Assembly: GCA_963809595.1 (NCBI GenBank)
Contig: CAWEKG010000002.1
Location: forward strand, 800,391 to 864,390
Length of the DNA: 64,000 nucleotides
From: an uncultured Chloroflexia bacterium
GTDB taxonomy: Bacteria; Chloroflexota; Limnocylindria; Limnocylindrales; CSP1-4
Direction of reading: 5' to 3'
Below the pieces are notes generated by a model. The model was not told the origin of the DNA. It did not search any database and saw nothing but the letters and a program-made list of their open reading frames with translations. This document shows positions 39,752-52,436 of this stretch, in pieces. Every line of letters begins with the position of its first letter. Position 1 is the first letter of the stretch. The position numbers and the translations under genes were made by a program.

Positions 39752-41941
39752 CTACCCGGCCGGCGTGCGACGCCTCCTCAGGGGCGCCTCCCGGAGCTCC
39801 CAGTCCGGGCGGATACGGGGCAGGCCCTGGACCGTCCAGGCGATCCCATACCACACGTCCGCGCTGCCGGACCAGCGTCGGATCCTGATCGTATAGGTCT
39901 CTCCCGGGCGCGCGTCGAACTCCGCGATCTCATAGCTGTTGTCCCACGAGCCGCTGTACCCGACCAGCGAGCCGCGGCTGTCGTAGACCTTCAGGTCGAG
40001 ATCGAGCTGGAGGGTGTCCCAGCCGACCTGGATGAAGAGGATGTCCTGGATCGTCGCCAGGCTGTCCCACGCGAGCGCGACCTTGACCCTCGGCGTGAAG
40101 AACAGCGCCGGCACGGTCACCTGGTAGACGAACGTCGTCTCGCCGTTCGCCCCGATGTCGCTCGATCGGAGTGTGCCGACGTCCCAGCCGCGGCGGGTCC
40201 CGGCCGAGCCGCGAGACCGACGGCTCTGCGCGATCCGCACGCCTTCCAGGGCGTCGACGGCGCCGGAGCCGTCGGAGGCGTCGATGCCCGCGCTGCGGTC
40301 GGCCCACCAGGTCGCCCCGCCGACATTCCGACTGGCACCCGCGAGCAGGATGGCCCGGCAGCCCTCGGGCCAGGACTGCAGGGTGGTGCTGGCTTCCTGG
40401 AGCAGAGCCGTGCAACCGGCCGCGGCGGGCGCCGCCATGCTGGTGCCGCTCAGGGTCAGCTTGACCGCCGTGACCGCCATCCCGTTCGCGGCGATCTCCG
40501 GCGACTCGCGGTCGCCGTGCGCGGACGCGGCGTTGCGAAAGACAGAGTCGCTGGCCATCGCCGTGGCGGTGTCGTTGTGACTGCCGACCGCGAGGCTGTT
40601 GAAGCCCTTGTGGTTGACGTACTCCGTGCTCGTGCCGTTGCCGGCCGCCTGGAGGATGGTGGGGTACGGCCAGTGCAGGACCAGCCAGTCCTTGTACATG
40701 TCGTCGAACGACAGGCCGGAGTCCGTCTGCTCGGCCTCGCGATGGAAGCTCTGACTGATGACCGTGCAGCCGCGGGTGCGGGCCGCCCAGCTGATCGCCG
40801 CGAGCGCCATGGTGTTGGCCGAATGCAGGTTGCACCCGGACGCGTGCCCGTTGGGCAGGCCGGCCTCGGTGTTCCTGATGATCCCGTGGGTGTGGCGCGA
40901 GTGCTGCGTCGTCGCCGGGCTGGTCGTGAAGGAGGCCGCGATCGCGAGATCGGCGGTGCTGTCGGGGCCGTCCTCGTAGACGGCCACGTTGACCCCGCTA
41001 CCGGTCAGACCCAGGCTCGACTGGACCGTGTCCGACTGGGCGATCGCCATGGAGTCGGAGAGGTCGAGTCGCCCCTCGGTCTCGTGCAGGAAGAGCGCGG
41101 CGATCTCCGGGTACTCCTCGAGCCGGCGGATGCTCGCGACGGGCAGGCCGGCATACACCACGGGTGCGTGCAGATCGGGCTCGACGTCCTCCGCGCCGTG
41201 CTCGCGCAGGATCCTGGCGACCCGCTCGGCCGCCTTCGCCGCACTGCCAGCTCGCTCGATCTCCGCCGGCGGCGGCTTGGTCGTGGCGCCCCGCTGACGC
41301 TTGGCGTGAAGCTTGGCCGGGGGGAGCTGGAGCCAGACCGCCACCGGCAGACGCTCGTCGTCGCGGCGCTCCTCGACCGCCCGGTGCAGCGTCGGATGCA
41401 TCTTGCCGAACGTGCCCTGGCGATCCCGGACGATCCGGGCGAAGACCTCATCCGGGTCGATCCTGGCGCCGTCCTGGTCGAAGGCGAGCTCGACCGGCTT
41501 GCCCGTCCGCCGGTCGACCGCCTTCATGATCTCGATGAACGGCCCGTCGGGCCGGGCCGGTTCCGGCAACCTGACCGTGCCCAGACGCTCGACGCGGAGA
41601 CGCACCAGGGTCTCGATCCGCAGCGACGACCCGACCTTCGCCACCGAGTCGCTGACGAAGAACGGCACCCCCAGGCGATCCCCGAGACGCCTGCCCGTGG
41701 TCGAGACCAGCTCATCGACGGTCAGGATGTGTGGCCCCGGTGGCAGGTCGTCGTCCGGTATGGCGGTGACCGTGCGCCCGTCGTCCGAGAGCGCGACGGT
41801 GAGGTGGTGCTGGCCGAGGCCAAGCGCTCCTCGAGCGGTCTCGGGATCGAGCGGGGCGTGTGCCCGGACCTCGAGCCGAGGGGATCCGAGCACGATCTCG
41901 TACGGCTCGACGCTGACCTCGACGGGTCGCCGGTCGGGCAT
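39752..41941 (-). CDS. S8 subtilase with N-terminal Ig-like and pro regions and C-terminal jelly-roll domain; Glu in place of the catalytic Asp
   Basis: VAVYEDG, HSRHTHGII, AAGNG, SGTSMAAP, C-terminal DLDLKVYD; SD GAGGAGG; no signal peptide seen. Confidence 0.88.
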   Translation of the reverse strand: MPDRRPVEVSVEPYEIVLGSPRLEVRAHAPLDPETARGALGLGQHHLTVALSDDGRTVTAIPDDDLPPGPHILTVDELVSTTGRRLGDRLGVPFFVSDSVAKVGSSLRIETLVRLRVERLGTVRLPEPARPDGPFIEIMKAVDRRTGKPVELAFDQDGARIDPDEVFARIVRDRQGTFGKMHPTLHRAVEERRDDERLPVAVWLQLPPAKLHAKRQRGATTKPPPAEIERAGSAAKAAERVARILREHGAEDVEPDLHAPVVYAGLPVASIRRLEEYPEIAALFLHETEGRLDLSDSMAIAQSDTVQSSLGLTGSGVNVAVYEDGPDSTADLAIAASFTTSPATTQHSRHTHGIIRNTEAGLPNGHASGCNLHSANTMALAAISWAARTRGCTVISQSFHREAEQTDSGLSFDDMYKDWLVLHWPYPTILQAAGNGTSTEYVNHKGFNSLAVGSHNDTATAMASDSVFRNAASAHGDRESPEIAANGMAVTAVKLTLSGTSMAAPAAAGCTALLQEASTTLQSWPEGCRAILLAGASRNVGGATWWADRSAGIDASDGSGAVDALEGVRIAQSRRSRGSAGTRRGWDVGTLRSSDIGANGETTFVYQVTVPALFFTPRVKVALAWDSLATIQDILFIQVGWDTLQLDLDLKVYDSRGSLVGYSGSWDNSYEIAEFDARPGETYTIRIRRWSGSADVWYGIAWTVQGLPRIRPDWELREAPLRRRRTPAG

Positions 41942-41954
41942 GACTGCCTCCTCG

Positions 41955-42599
41955 CTACGGGAAGATCTCGCCGACGAACCAGGTACTGGCGGAGACCCAC
42001 TGGTTGCCGGCACCGCCCCAGCCCTGGTCAACGTAGAACCAGCGGTCGTAGACCGTGGTGTCCCAGCACCAGATGAAGCAGGTCCGGACGGTGCGCTCCT
42101 GGTAGGCATAGCCGAACGCCATCGGGTAGTGGCTGAGCCAGCCGGTGCCGATGACCGCCGGGGTCGCCCGGTACCGGATGCTGTCGCGAGCTCGGTCGCG
42201 GATCCAGTCCTGGCACCAGCCGATGCTGTTCCAGCCGGCTCGCAGGCTGGTGTACGACCGACCGGTCAGGTAGTGCCAGGCGTCGGCCATGCGCCATGGC
42301 CAGGTCGCGCCCGAGCCGGCGATGCAGAACGTTCCCACGTAGCCGTGGATCTCGCGGATGACGTTCTCCACCCCGGCGTCCTGGTTGACGGGCGCCAGTG
42401 CGTCGGCGCCGTAGCCGCCGTTCTGGCGATAGAGGCCGTTGCGGGGTGCCCAATAGCCGTTACCGAGACCGGCCTGGCGGTCGGCCCAGCCGAAGAGCAT
42501 CGCCCACGCGACGGGTCCGCAGCCCACGGCGCAGCCGCCAAAGGGGAACTGGTAGTAGTTCGGGACCGGGGGCGGAGCCCACCAGTACGAGTAGGCCAC
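41955..42599 (-). CDS. Papain-fold cysteine protease catalytic domain (C10 streptopain-like)
   Basis: Q17, GC27GPVAW, SH157YPMAFGY, FYVDQGWGG; SD AAGGAGG 9 nt before GTG. Confidence 0.75.
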   Translation of the reverse strand: MAYSYWWAPPPVPNYYQFPFGGCAVGCGPVAWAMLFGWADRQAGLGNGYWAPRNGLYRQNGGYGADALAPVNQDAGVENVIREIHGYVGTFCIAGSGATWPWRMADAWHYLTGRSYTSLRAGWNSIGWCQDWIRDRARDSIRYRATPAVIGTGWLSHYPMAFGYAYQERTVRTCFIWCWDTTVYDRWFYVDQGWGGAGNQWVSASTWFVGEIFP

Positions 42600-42601
42600 G
42601 G

Positions 42602-43699
42602 CTACCGCCCTCCTTCGGTCGAGGTCGTTCGCTGGTTCGACGGTGACCCGGACGCGACGAGGAAGAAGCGCAGTCGCTCGTCCGTGCCGTCGGGGTAGCG
42701 GATGTCCACGAAGAGGTCGATCTCGCCGGCGATCGCGGCACCCCCTTTCACCGTCAGGACGAGCGCCGGGATCCCCGGTGTCTCATCGAGCCGGGCGACG
42801 ACATGCCGGGCGCCCTCGCCACTGAGCTCCACCGCGGCTTCACGCTGGAGCAGGGCCACGCGATGGGTCTCCCCTTCATGGATGCCCTCACCGAACTCCT
42901 CGATGAGCGCCTCCACCTCCCAGGCGCGGGCCGCCTGCCGACGCAGCTCGTCGAGGAACGGCCCGAACGAGTCGGCGTAACGCTCGCGGAACGACCCCCA
43001 GTCGTCCGCCTCGATGGGCTTGAGGTCCGGGACCCGGTCCTCGGTCCGGGTGACCTGGTGTTCCACGCCCTCGGCCTGATCGTCGGACTTCACCTCCCCG
43101 GCCGGCGTTGCTTCGAGGGTCGACCGATCGCTCGCGGAGCGCCGCAGGTCGTGGGGCAGCCCGGTGACGAGGCCGGGCATCTGGCCGACCCGTCCCACCA
43201 GCGTCCCGTCCTTCGCCTCGGCGACGTAGGCCAGGGCGTCGAGGCGGTAGATCCGCTCGATCTCACCGCCCTTCTCCCCCGCCGCCCGGAGCTGTCCGCT
43301 GATCGGAGGCAGGTCCAGGCTCCAGTGCGGAATGGGGAAGTCATGCGGCCCGGTCGAGACGACGATGAACCCGCGATCCGACGAGGGGGGCGGTTCGGGA
43401 CGGCCCCTGAGACCCAGCTCGGACCGCTTCGGGCGGGCACCGGTCGTCCTGCGTTCGGTGGCCAGCAGCGCGGAGAGCTCGGCTGCCGAGGTGACCAGCC
43501 GGGTCGGCGAGGAACCCAGGTCCACGGCGAACTCGTAGTAGGCCACCTCCTCGAGATCGGGGCGATGGATCGGCCAGGCCTCGTCGGCCAGCTTGGCCAT
43601 GCCAGCGTTCGGCGCCATCGGCGTCCCGCGGATGGACTCGAGGTGCTGGGCGGCTTTGCGCCGGATCGGCACCGGGACCCTGGACAGCTCGATCGACAT
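42602..43699 (-). CDS. Spi/I69-like pro-domain or inhibitor protein with C-terminal beta-rich extension
   Basis: YYEFAV...GFIVVSTGPHDFPIPHWS resembles the C10 propeptide pattern; SD AGGAG; no signal peptide seen. Confidence 0.55.
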   Translation of the reverse strand: MSIELSRVPVPIRRKAAQHLESIRGTPMAPNAGMAKLADEAWPIHRPDLEEVAYYEFAVDLGSSPTRLVTSAAELSALLATERRTTGARPKRSELGLRGRPEPPPSSDRGFIVVSTGPHDFPIPHWSLDLPPISGQLRAAGEKGGEIERIYRLDALAYVAEAKDGTLVGRVGQMPGLVTGLPHDLRRSASDRSTLEATPAGEVKSDDQAEGVEHQVTRTEDRVPDLKPIEADDWGSFRERYADSFGPFLDELRRQAARAWEVEALIEEFGEGIHEGETHRVALLQREAAVELSGEGARHVVARLDETPGIPALVLTVKGGAAIAGEIDLFVDIRYPDGTDERLRFFLVASGSPSNQRTTSTEGGR

Positions 43700-43951
43700 G
43701 ACGCCCCGCTCCTGGCTGATCCGAGTCGAGCGGCGACCTGTCTCGCCCTCGAGGGTGACAGCCACGAGGGGGTTGTCGAATCGCGAAGGGACGCAGAACG
43801 GGACTCGCCTGGATCAACTTCGCCGGCCCCGTCGGCGCCCCGGTCCGCGTGTTCGGCGCGGCAGTCGTCGACCCGAGTCTGCGCCCGAAGTGGGAGCGGT
43901 CAAGTCCTGATCGTGCCGGTACTTTGGGGCCCGCGCCGGCCGTACCGGGAC

Positions 43952-43980
43952 TTGACAACTTACTTAGTGACTGCTAAGTT
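43952..43980 (+). promoter_or_regulatory. tetR promoter with overlapping palindromic operator
   Basis: TTGACA, 17 nt, TAAGTT; ACTTAG-N6-CTAAGT at 43962-43979; ATG 7 nt downstream. Confidence 0.8.
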
Positions 43981-43987
43981 ACACGGC

Positions 43988-44548
43988 ATGAACACGAGAC
44001 TCACCGCCGACGAGCGCCGCGACGAGGTGATCGCGGCCGCGACCATCGAGTTCGCGGCCGGCGGCTTCGCCGGCACCTCCACGAACGCGATCGCCCGCCG
44101 GGCGGGGGTATCGCAGCCCTACCTCTTCCAGCTCTTCCGGACCAAGCAGGAGATCTTCCTGGCCGCCGTCCGGGGGTGCTTCGACCGTACCGGCCGGGTC
44201 TTCGAGGAGGCGGGCCGGGCCGCCCAGACCGCCGGTCTCGACAGCGAGGGGATCCTCATGCGGATGGGCGAAGCCTACGTGAAGATGCTCCTGGCCGACC
44301 GCAACAGCCTCCGGCTCCAGCTCCACGCCTACGCGGCCTGCTCGGACCCGGATGTCCGGGCCGTCGTCCGGGATGAGTTCTTCGCCCTGTGGCACCGGGT
44401 CGCCCGGCTGTCCGGAGCTGACGTGTACGGGCTCCACGCCTGGTTCGCCCAGGGGATGCTGATCAACGTCATCGCCAGCGTCGGCGACGCGCGGACCGTC
44501 GAGGAGTTCAACGCGACGCTGCTCGGAGGTGTCGCCGCCCGGAAATGA
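43988..44548 (+). CDS. TetR/AcrR-family regulator
   Basis: HTH: FAAGGFAGTSTNAIARRAGVSQPYLFQLFRTK. Confidence 0.93.
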   Translation: MNTRLTADERRDEVIAAATIEFAAGGFAGTSTNAIARRAGVSQPYLFQLFRTKQEIFLAAVRGCFDRTGRVFEEAGRAAQTAGLDSEGILMRMGEAYVKMLLADRNSLRLQLHAYAACSDPDVRAVVRDEFFALWHRVARLSGADVYGLHAWFAQGMLINVIASVGDARTVEEFNATLLGGVAARK

Positions 44549-44573
44549 CCGACCGCTTTTCTTTGCCCGCTGG

Positions 44574-44591
44574 ACTTAGCGACTACTCAAT
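44574..44591 (+). promoter_or_regulatory. Second TetR operator-like site before the MFS gene
   Basis: ACTTAGCGACTACTCAAT matches 14 of 18 positions of ACTTAGTGACTGCTAAGT. Confidence 0.55.
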
Positions 44592-44636
44592 CATCCAACA
44601 GGAACCCACCACCGACCGGAACCCAAGGAGCCTCCG

Positions 44637-46067
44637 ATGACCCGCCGATCCTCAGCCACCTGGACCTTCATGATCACCGCGCTGGCCCTGTTCATGGTCA
44701 GCCTCGACAACCTGGTCGTGACGATGGCGCTGCCCGTGATCCGCCTGGATCTCGGTGCGTCGCTGGCCGACCTCGAGTGGACCGTCAACGCCTACACCCT
44801 GACCTACGCGGCCCTCCTCCTGTTCGGCGCCGCGCTCGGCGACCGGTTCGGGAGACGGCGGGTCTTCGTCATCGGCCTGGCGATCTTCACCCTGGGCTCG
44901 GCCGCGGCAGCCCTCGCGCCGACCAGCACCGCGCTCATCCTGGCTCGTGCGACGCAGGGCCTCGGCGCCGCCTTCGTAACCCCGCTGAGCCTGACCATCC
45001 TGTCCGCCGCCGTCTCGCCGGCCCGACGGCCGCTGGCGCTCGGCGCCTGGGGCGGCATCTCGGGCCTGGCCATCGCCATCGGTCCGGTCGTCGGCGGTGC
45101 CATCACCCAGGGCGCCGACTGGCACTGGATCTTCTGGCTCAACGTCCCGATCGGGATCGTCGGGGTGATCCTGGCCGCCCTCCGGCTCGACGAAAGCCGC
45201 GGGCCGGACCGCGCCCTCGACGTGCCCGGGGTGGCCCTCGCCGGGGCCGGGCTGATCGGCATCGTCTGGGGCGTCACCCACGGCAACGGCCTGGGCTGGA
45301 CCGATCCCCAGGTCCTCGCCGCGATCGCCGTCGGGACGGCGCTCATCGCCGCCTTTATCGCCTGGGAGGCCCGGACGGACCAGCCGATCCTGCCCCTCCA
45401 GGTCCTCGGCCGACGCGGTTCGGTCGTCTCGAACGGCGTCTCGTTCCTGATGTCCTTCGGGATGTTCGGCTCGATCTTCCTGCTCTCGCAGTTCTTCCAG
45501 GTGGTCCAGGGCCTCAACCCGTTCGAGGCGGGCCTCCGGGTCCTGCCATGGACAGCGATGCCCATCTTCGTCGCCCCGATCGCCGGGGTCGCCTCGGCCA
45601 GGATCGGCGCTCGCCCGATCATCGCCGCGGGGCTCGCCCTGATGGCCGTCGGCCTGGCCTGGATCGCCGCGGTCAGCTCGACCACCGTCGCGTACTCCAG
45701 CCTCGTGCCGGCGTTCATCCTCAGCGGCGTGGGCATGGGCCTCTTCTTCGCCCCGATCGCCAACGTCGTCCTGTCGGCCGTGCCGCGGGAGGACGAGGGC
45801 AAGGCGTCGGGGGCCAACAACACCATCCGCGAGCTGGGCGGGGTCTTCGGGGTGGCGGTCCTGGCCGCGGTCTTCTCGGCCAACGGCTCGTACCAGTCCC
45901 CGGCCCAGTACGTCGCGGGTCTCACCCCCGCGGTCGCCGTCGGCGCCGCCGTGCTGGCCCTGGGCGCCGTGCTTGCCCTTGCCCTCCCCCGCTACGTGAG
46001 GGGCATGCGGCTCGCCGAGCCGGAGACGAGCGTCGCCTTCGGGGACGCGGAAGGGGCAGCGGCCTGA
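44637..46067 (+). CDS. DHA2 (14-TM) MFS efflux transporter
   Basis: LDNLVV, W..NAYTL, GDRFGRR, GP.VGG, IF..NVPIG. Confidence 0.92.
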   Translation: MTRRSSATWTFMITALALFMVSLDNLVVTMALPVIRLDLGASLADLEWTVNAYTLTYAALLLFGAALGDRFGRRRVFVIGLAIFTLGSAAAALAPTSTALILARATQGLGAAFVTPLSLTILSAAVSPARRPLALGAWGGISGLAIAIGPVVGGAITQGADWHWIFWLNVPIGIVGVILAALRLDESRGPDRALDVPGVALAGAGLIGIVWGVTHGNGLGWTDPQVLAAIAVGTALIAAFIAWEARTDQPILPLQVLGRRGSVVSNGVSFLMSFGMFGSIFLLSQFFQVVQGLNPFEAGLRVLPWTAMPIFVAPIAGVASARIGARPIIAAGLALMAVGLAWIAAVSSTTVAYSSLVPAFILSGVGMGLFFAPIANVVLSAVPREDEGKASGANNTIRELGGVFGVAVLAAVFSANGSYQSPAQYVAGLTPAVAVGAAVLALGAVLALALPRYVRGMRLAEPETSVAFGDAEGAAA

Positions 46068-46227
46068 CCGCGGGCAACGGAACCCCGCCCACCGCGGGAC
46101 CGCGAGTGTCTTCGTCGGCAGGCCGGCTCGAGCCGGCCTGCCGACTCCCACGTCCACGACGGTGCAACAATCCCGGTCGATCGGCGTCCTCCTGACGGGA
46201 ACGCAGACAGCCGTGAGGTAGCGGGCG

Positions 46228-46809
46228 ATGACGCTGACCGAGCAACCGATCGACCCGGGTGGCGACCGCCCCTCGGCCCCGTCGGCGGACGCGCCGGCCC
46301 AGGCACCCGAGCCCGGGCCGCCGGTCGGGACGTCCCCCACCCGGATGATCGCGATCGCGCTGGCGGCCGTCGGCGTACTCGTCGTGCTGTCCGTCGTCGT
46401 GATCCTCGCCTTCGGCGCCGGGGGCGTCCGCGAGTACCCGACGGGCACGCCCGAGGCGACCGTCCAGGCCTACGTCCGAGCGACGGACTCGGGCGACCTC
46501 GCCGGCGCCTACGGCCTGCTCAGCGCCCGGCTCAAGGCGACCCTGACGGAGTCCGGCTACGTCGATCGGGTGACGATGTACGGCTACACGGGCGGCGACG
46601 GTCCGAGTCGGGTCGCCCGGATCGACCGGACCGACATCCGCGACGATCGGGCGACCGTGATCCTCACCCTCGAGCAGTACTCCGGCGGTGGCGGGCTCAC
46701 CCCGAACCGCAACACGTTCCACCCGACGCTCCTGCTCGTCCGCGAAGGCGGGACCTGGAAGCTCGATCAGCTCTACGTCGGGCCCGAGCTCATGCCCGAA
46801 GCGCCGTAG
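46228..46809 (+). CDS. Hypothetical single-TM protein with NTF2-like ectodomain
   Basis: One TM helix, then TPEATVQAYV...AYGLLS...EGGTWKL. Confidence 0.65.
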   Translation: MTLTEQPIDPGGDRPSAPSADAPAQAPEPGPPVGTSPTRMIAIALAAVGVLVVLSVVVILAFGAGGVREYPTGTPEATVQAYVRATDSGDLAGAYGLLSARLKATLTESGYVDRVTMYGYTGGDGPSRVARIDRTDIRDDRATVILTLEQYSGGGGLTPNRNTFHPTLLLVREGGTWKLDQLYVGPELMPEAP

Positions 46810-46824
46810 CAGGGAGACATCCCG

Positions 46825-48601
46825 ATGCAGACCGCACGGCGGACCTACCTCTACCTGCTCTCGGCGATCGGCCTCACCGTCGCGGCGGTCGGGCTGTGGA
46901 ACCTCCTGACCCTGGCCTTCGAGCGCATCTCGGGTCAGCTCTCGGGCTCGGTCATCGGCTCGATCAGCCAGGCCGACACGCGATCGCAGCTGAGCCTCGC
47001 CCTCGCCCTCGTCGCGGTGGCCGGACCGCTGTGGGCCATCCACTGGTGGTTCGTCGGGTCGAGGCGTCCGCTCCCCGGTCAGCGGTGAGGCCGAGAGGAC
47101 GGCCCCGATCCGCGCCTTCTACCTCGCCCTGGTGGAGCTGGTCGCCCTGGGGCTCGTCCTGGTCAACGGCTCGGCCGTCGTCACGAGCGCGATCCGCGGC
47201 GCGATCGGCCGACCGGCGGAGTTCGGCGGGGCGCCCGAAGGATCGCTCGCGGCCGTCCTCGTCGCCGGCGGGATCTGGGCGTTCCATGCGCTCACCCGGC
47301 GCGACGACGAGCGAGTCGGTCCGATGGAGGGCCCGGCGGCCTGGTGGCCCCGGCTCGCCTGGTACGCCCTCGTGGCCGGGGCGCTCGTCATGCTCTGCTC
47401 GAGTGCAACCGAGCTCATCCGGACCCTGCTCGACGTTGCGGTCGGCCGCTCGTCGATCGTCGGCGCGACCGATCCCTGGCTCGCGCCCGTCGCCGGCAGC
47501 TTCGCCGGCATCCTCGTCGGCGGCTGCGCCTGGCTCGGGCTGTGGCTCGGGCTCGACCGACGGCTCCGGTCGCCGGGCTGGATCGGGCCGAGCGAGCGCG
47601 CCTCGGCGGTCCGCAAGGGCTTCCTGGCCGGCGGGATCGTCGTCGGTGCGGCGACGACCCTGCTCGCGGTGAGCGGCGGCCTGGCCGTCGCCCTGGCCTG
47701 GCTGCTCGGAGCCGCCGAGACGACCGACCCGTCACGAGCCTTCCAGGACGCGGTAGGCCCGCCGATCGCCATCCTGCCCTTCACCATCGTCTGGTGGTGG
47801 AGCCGACGGCGCCTGCTGGCCGAGGGTCCCTGGGCCTGGCCGCGGGACGGGGTCGTGGCCGCCCGTCGGTTGAGCAGCTACGCGTCGGCGGCCGTCGGGC
47901 TGGCCTTCGCCGCGGTCGGCGCGGGCTGGCTGGTCGGGTTCGTCGTCGACGTCGCCCTCGGTGGCGAGCGAACGATCCTCGCCGGCTCGGACGTCTGGCA
48001 TCGGGAGGTCGCCACCTACCTGGCGTACCTGCTGGTCGGGACGCCGCTCTGGCTGTGGAGCTGGATCGTGGCCACCCGCCGCTGGGCGACGATGCCCCAG
48101 CTCGAGGCCGCGGCGACCCAGCGACGGGTCTACCTCTACCTGGTCCTCGCCACGACGCTCATCGCGTCGATCTCCGGGCTCGCCGTGATCATCTACCGTC
48201 TGTTCGGCGTGCTCCTCGGCGCGACCGCGCCGTCGAACGTCGTCTCCGAGCTCAGCCAGCCGGTCGGCGTCGTGCTGGTCGGCGCTCTCGTCGTCGCCTA
48301 TCACGGGCTCGCCCTGCGGACGGACCTGGCCCTCCGGGAGCCCGCCGCCGCGGGCCCGGCCCCGGCCATGACCTGGGCGACCGACGCGACGACCGCGACC
48401 GCGACCGCGGTGACCTCTACCGCCGCAGGTACGGCCACGCTCCGACCGACCGGCCCGCCCGTCGAGCTCTCGGTCGTCGTCGTCGGACCGCCGGACGCGG
48501 ATCCCGACCAGGTCCTGGCGACCCTTCGGGACGCCCTGCCGGCGGGCTACGCGATCCGACCGTCCAGCCCCGCACCCGACGCATCGCCCGGTCCGGCCTG
48601 A
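46825..48601 (+). CDS. DUF5671-like multi-pass membrane protein (frameshift near 47070)
   Basis: Repeated RR.YLY modules (ARRTYLYL, IRAFYL, QRRVYLYL) and W..HW motif; the two ORFs join with one indel. Confidence 0.7.
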
Positions 48602-48785
48602 CCCCGTCGGTCCCGTCGGCCTCGACAACAGGGCCATTCGGCCCGGCGCAGGTGAGCCGCCTTGGCACGGCGAGGGGGCGCGCAGCGGACCGATAATCGA
48701 CTCCCGGTCCTGCCCCCAGGGGCAGGGCGGCCCGGACCTGCCACGAATACGCCACCGACCCGATCCGCGAAGGGAGTCCCCGCCC

Positions 48786-52432
<3,647 letters not shown>

Positions 52433-52436
<4 letters not shown>

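Noticed and set aside
46180-46227. c-di-GMP-I riboswitch-like words (GGGAACGCA...AGGTAGCGGG)
   Set aside because: No GNRA-capped P2 and only about 10 nt where P3 should be; too short for the fold.
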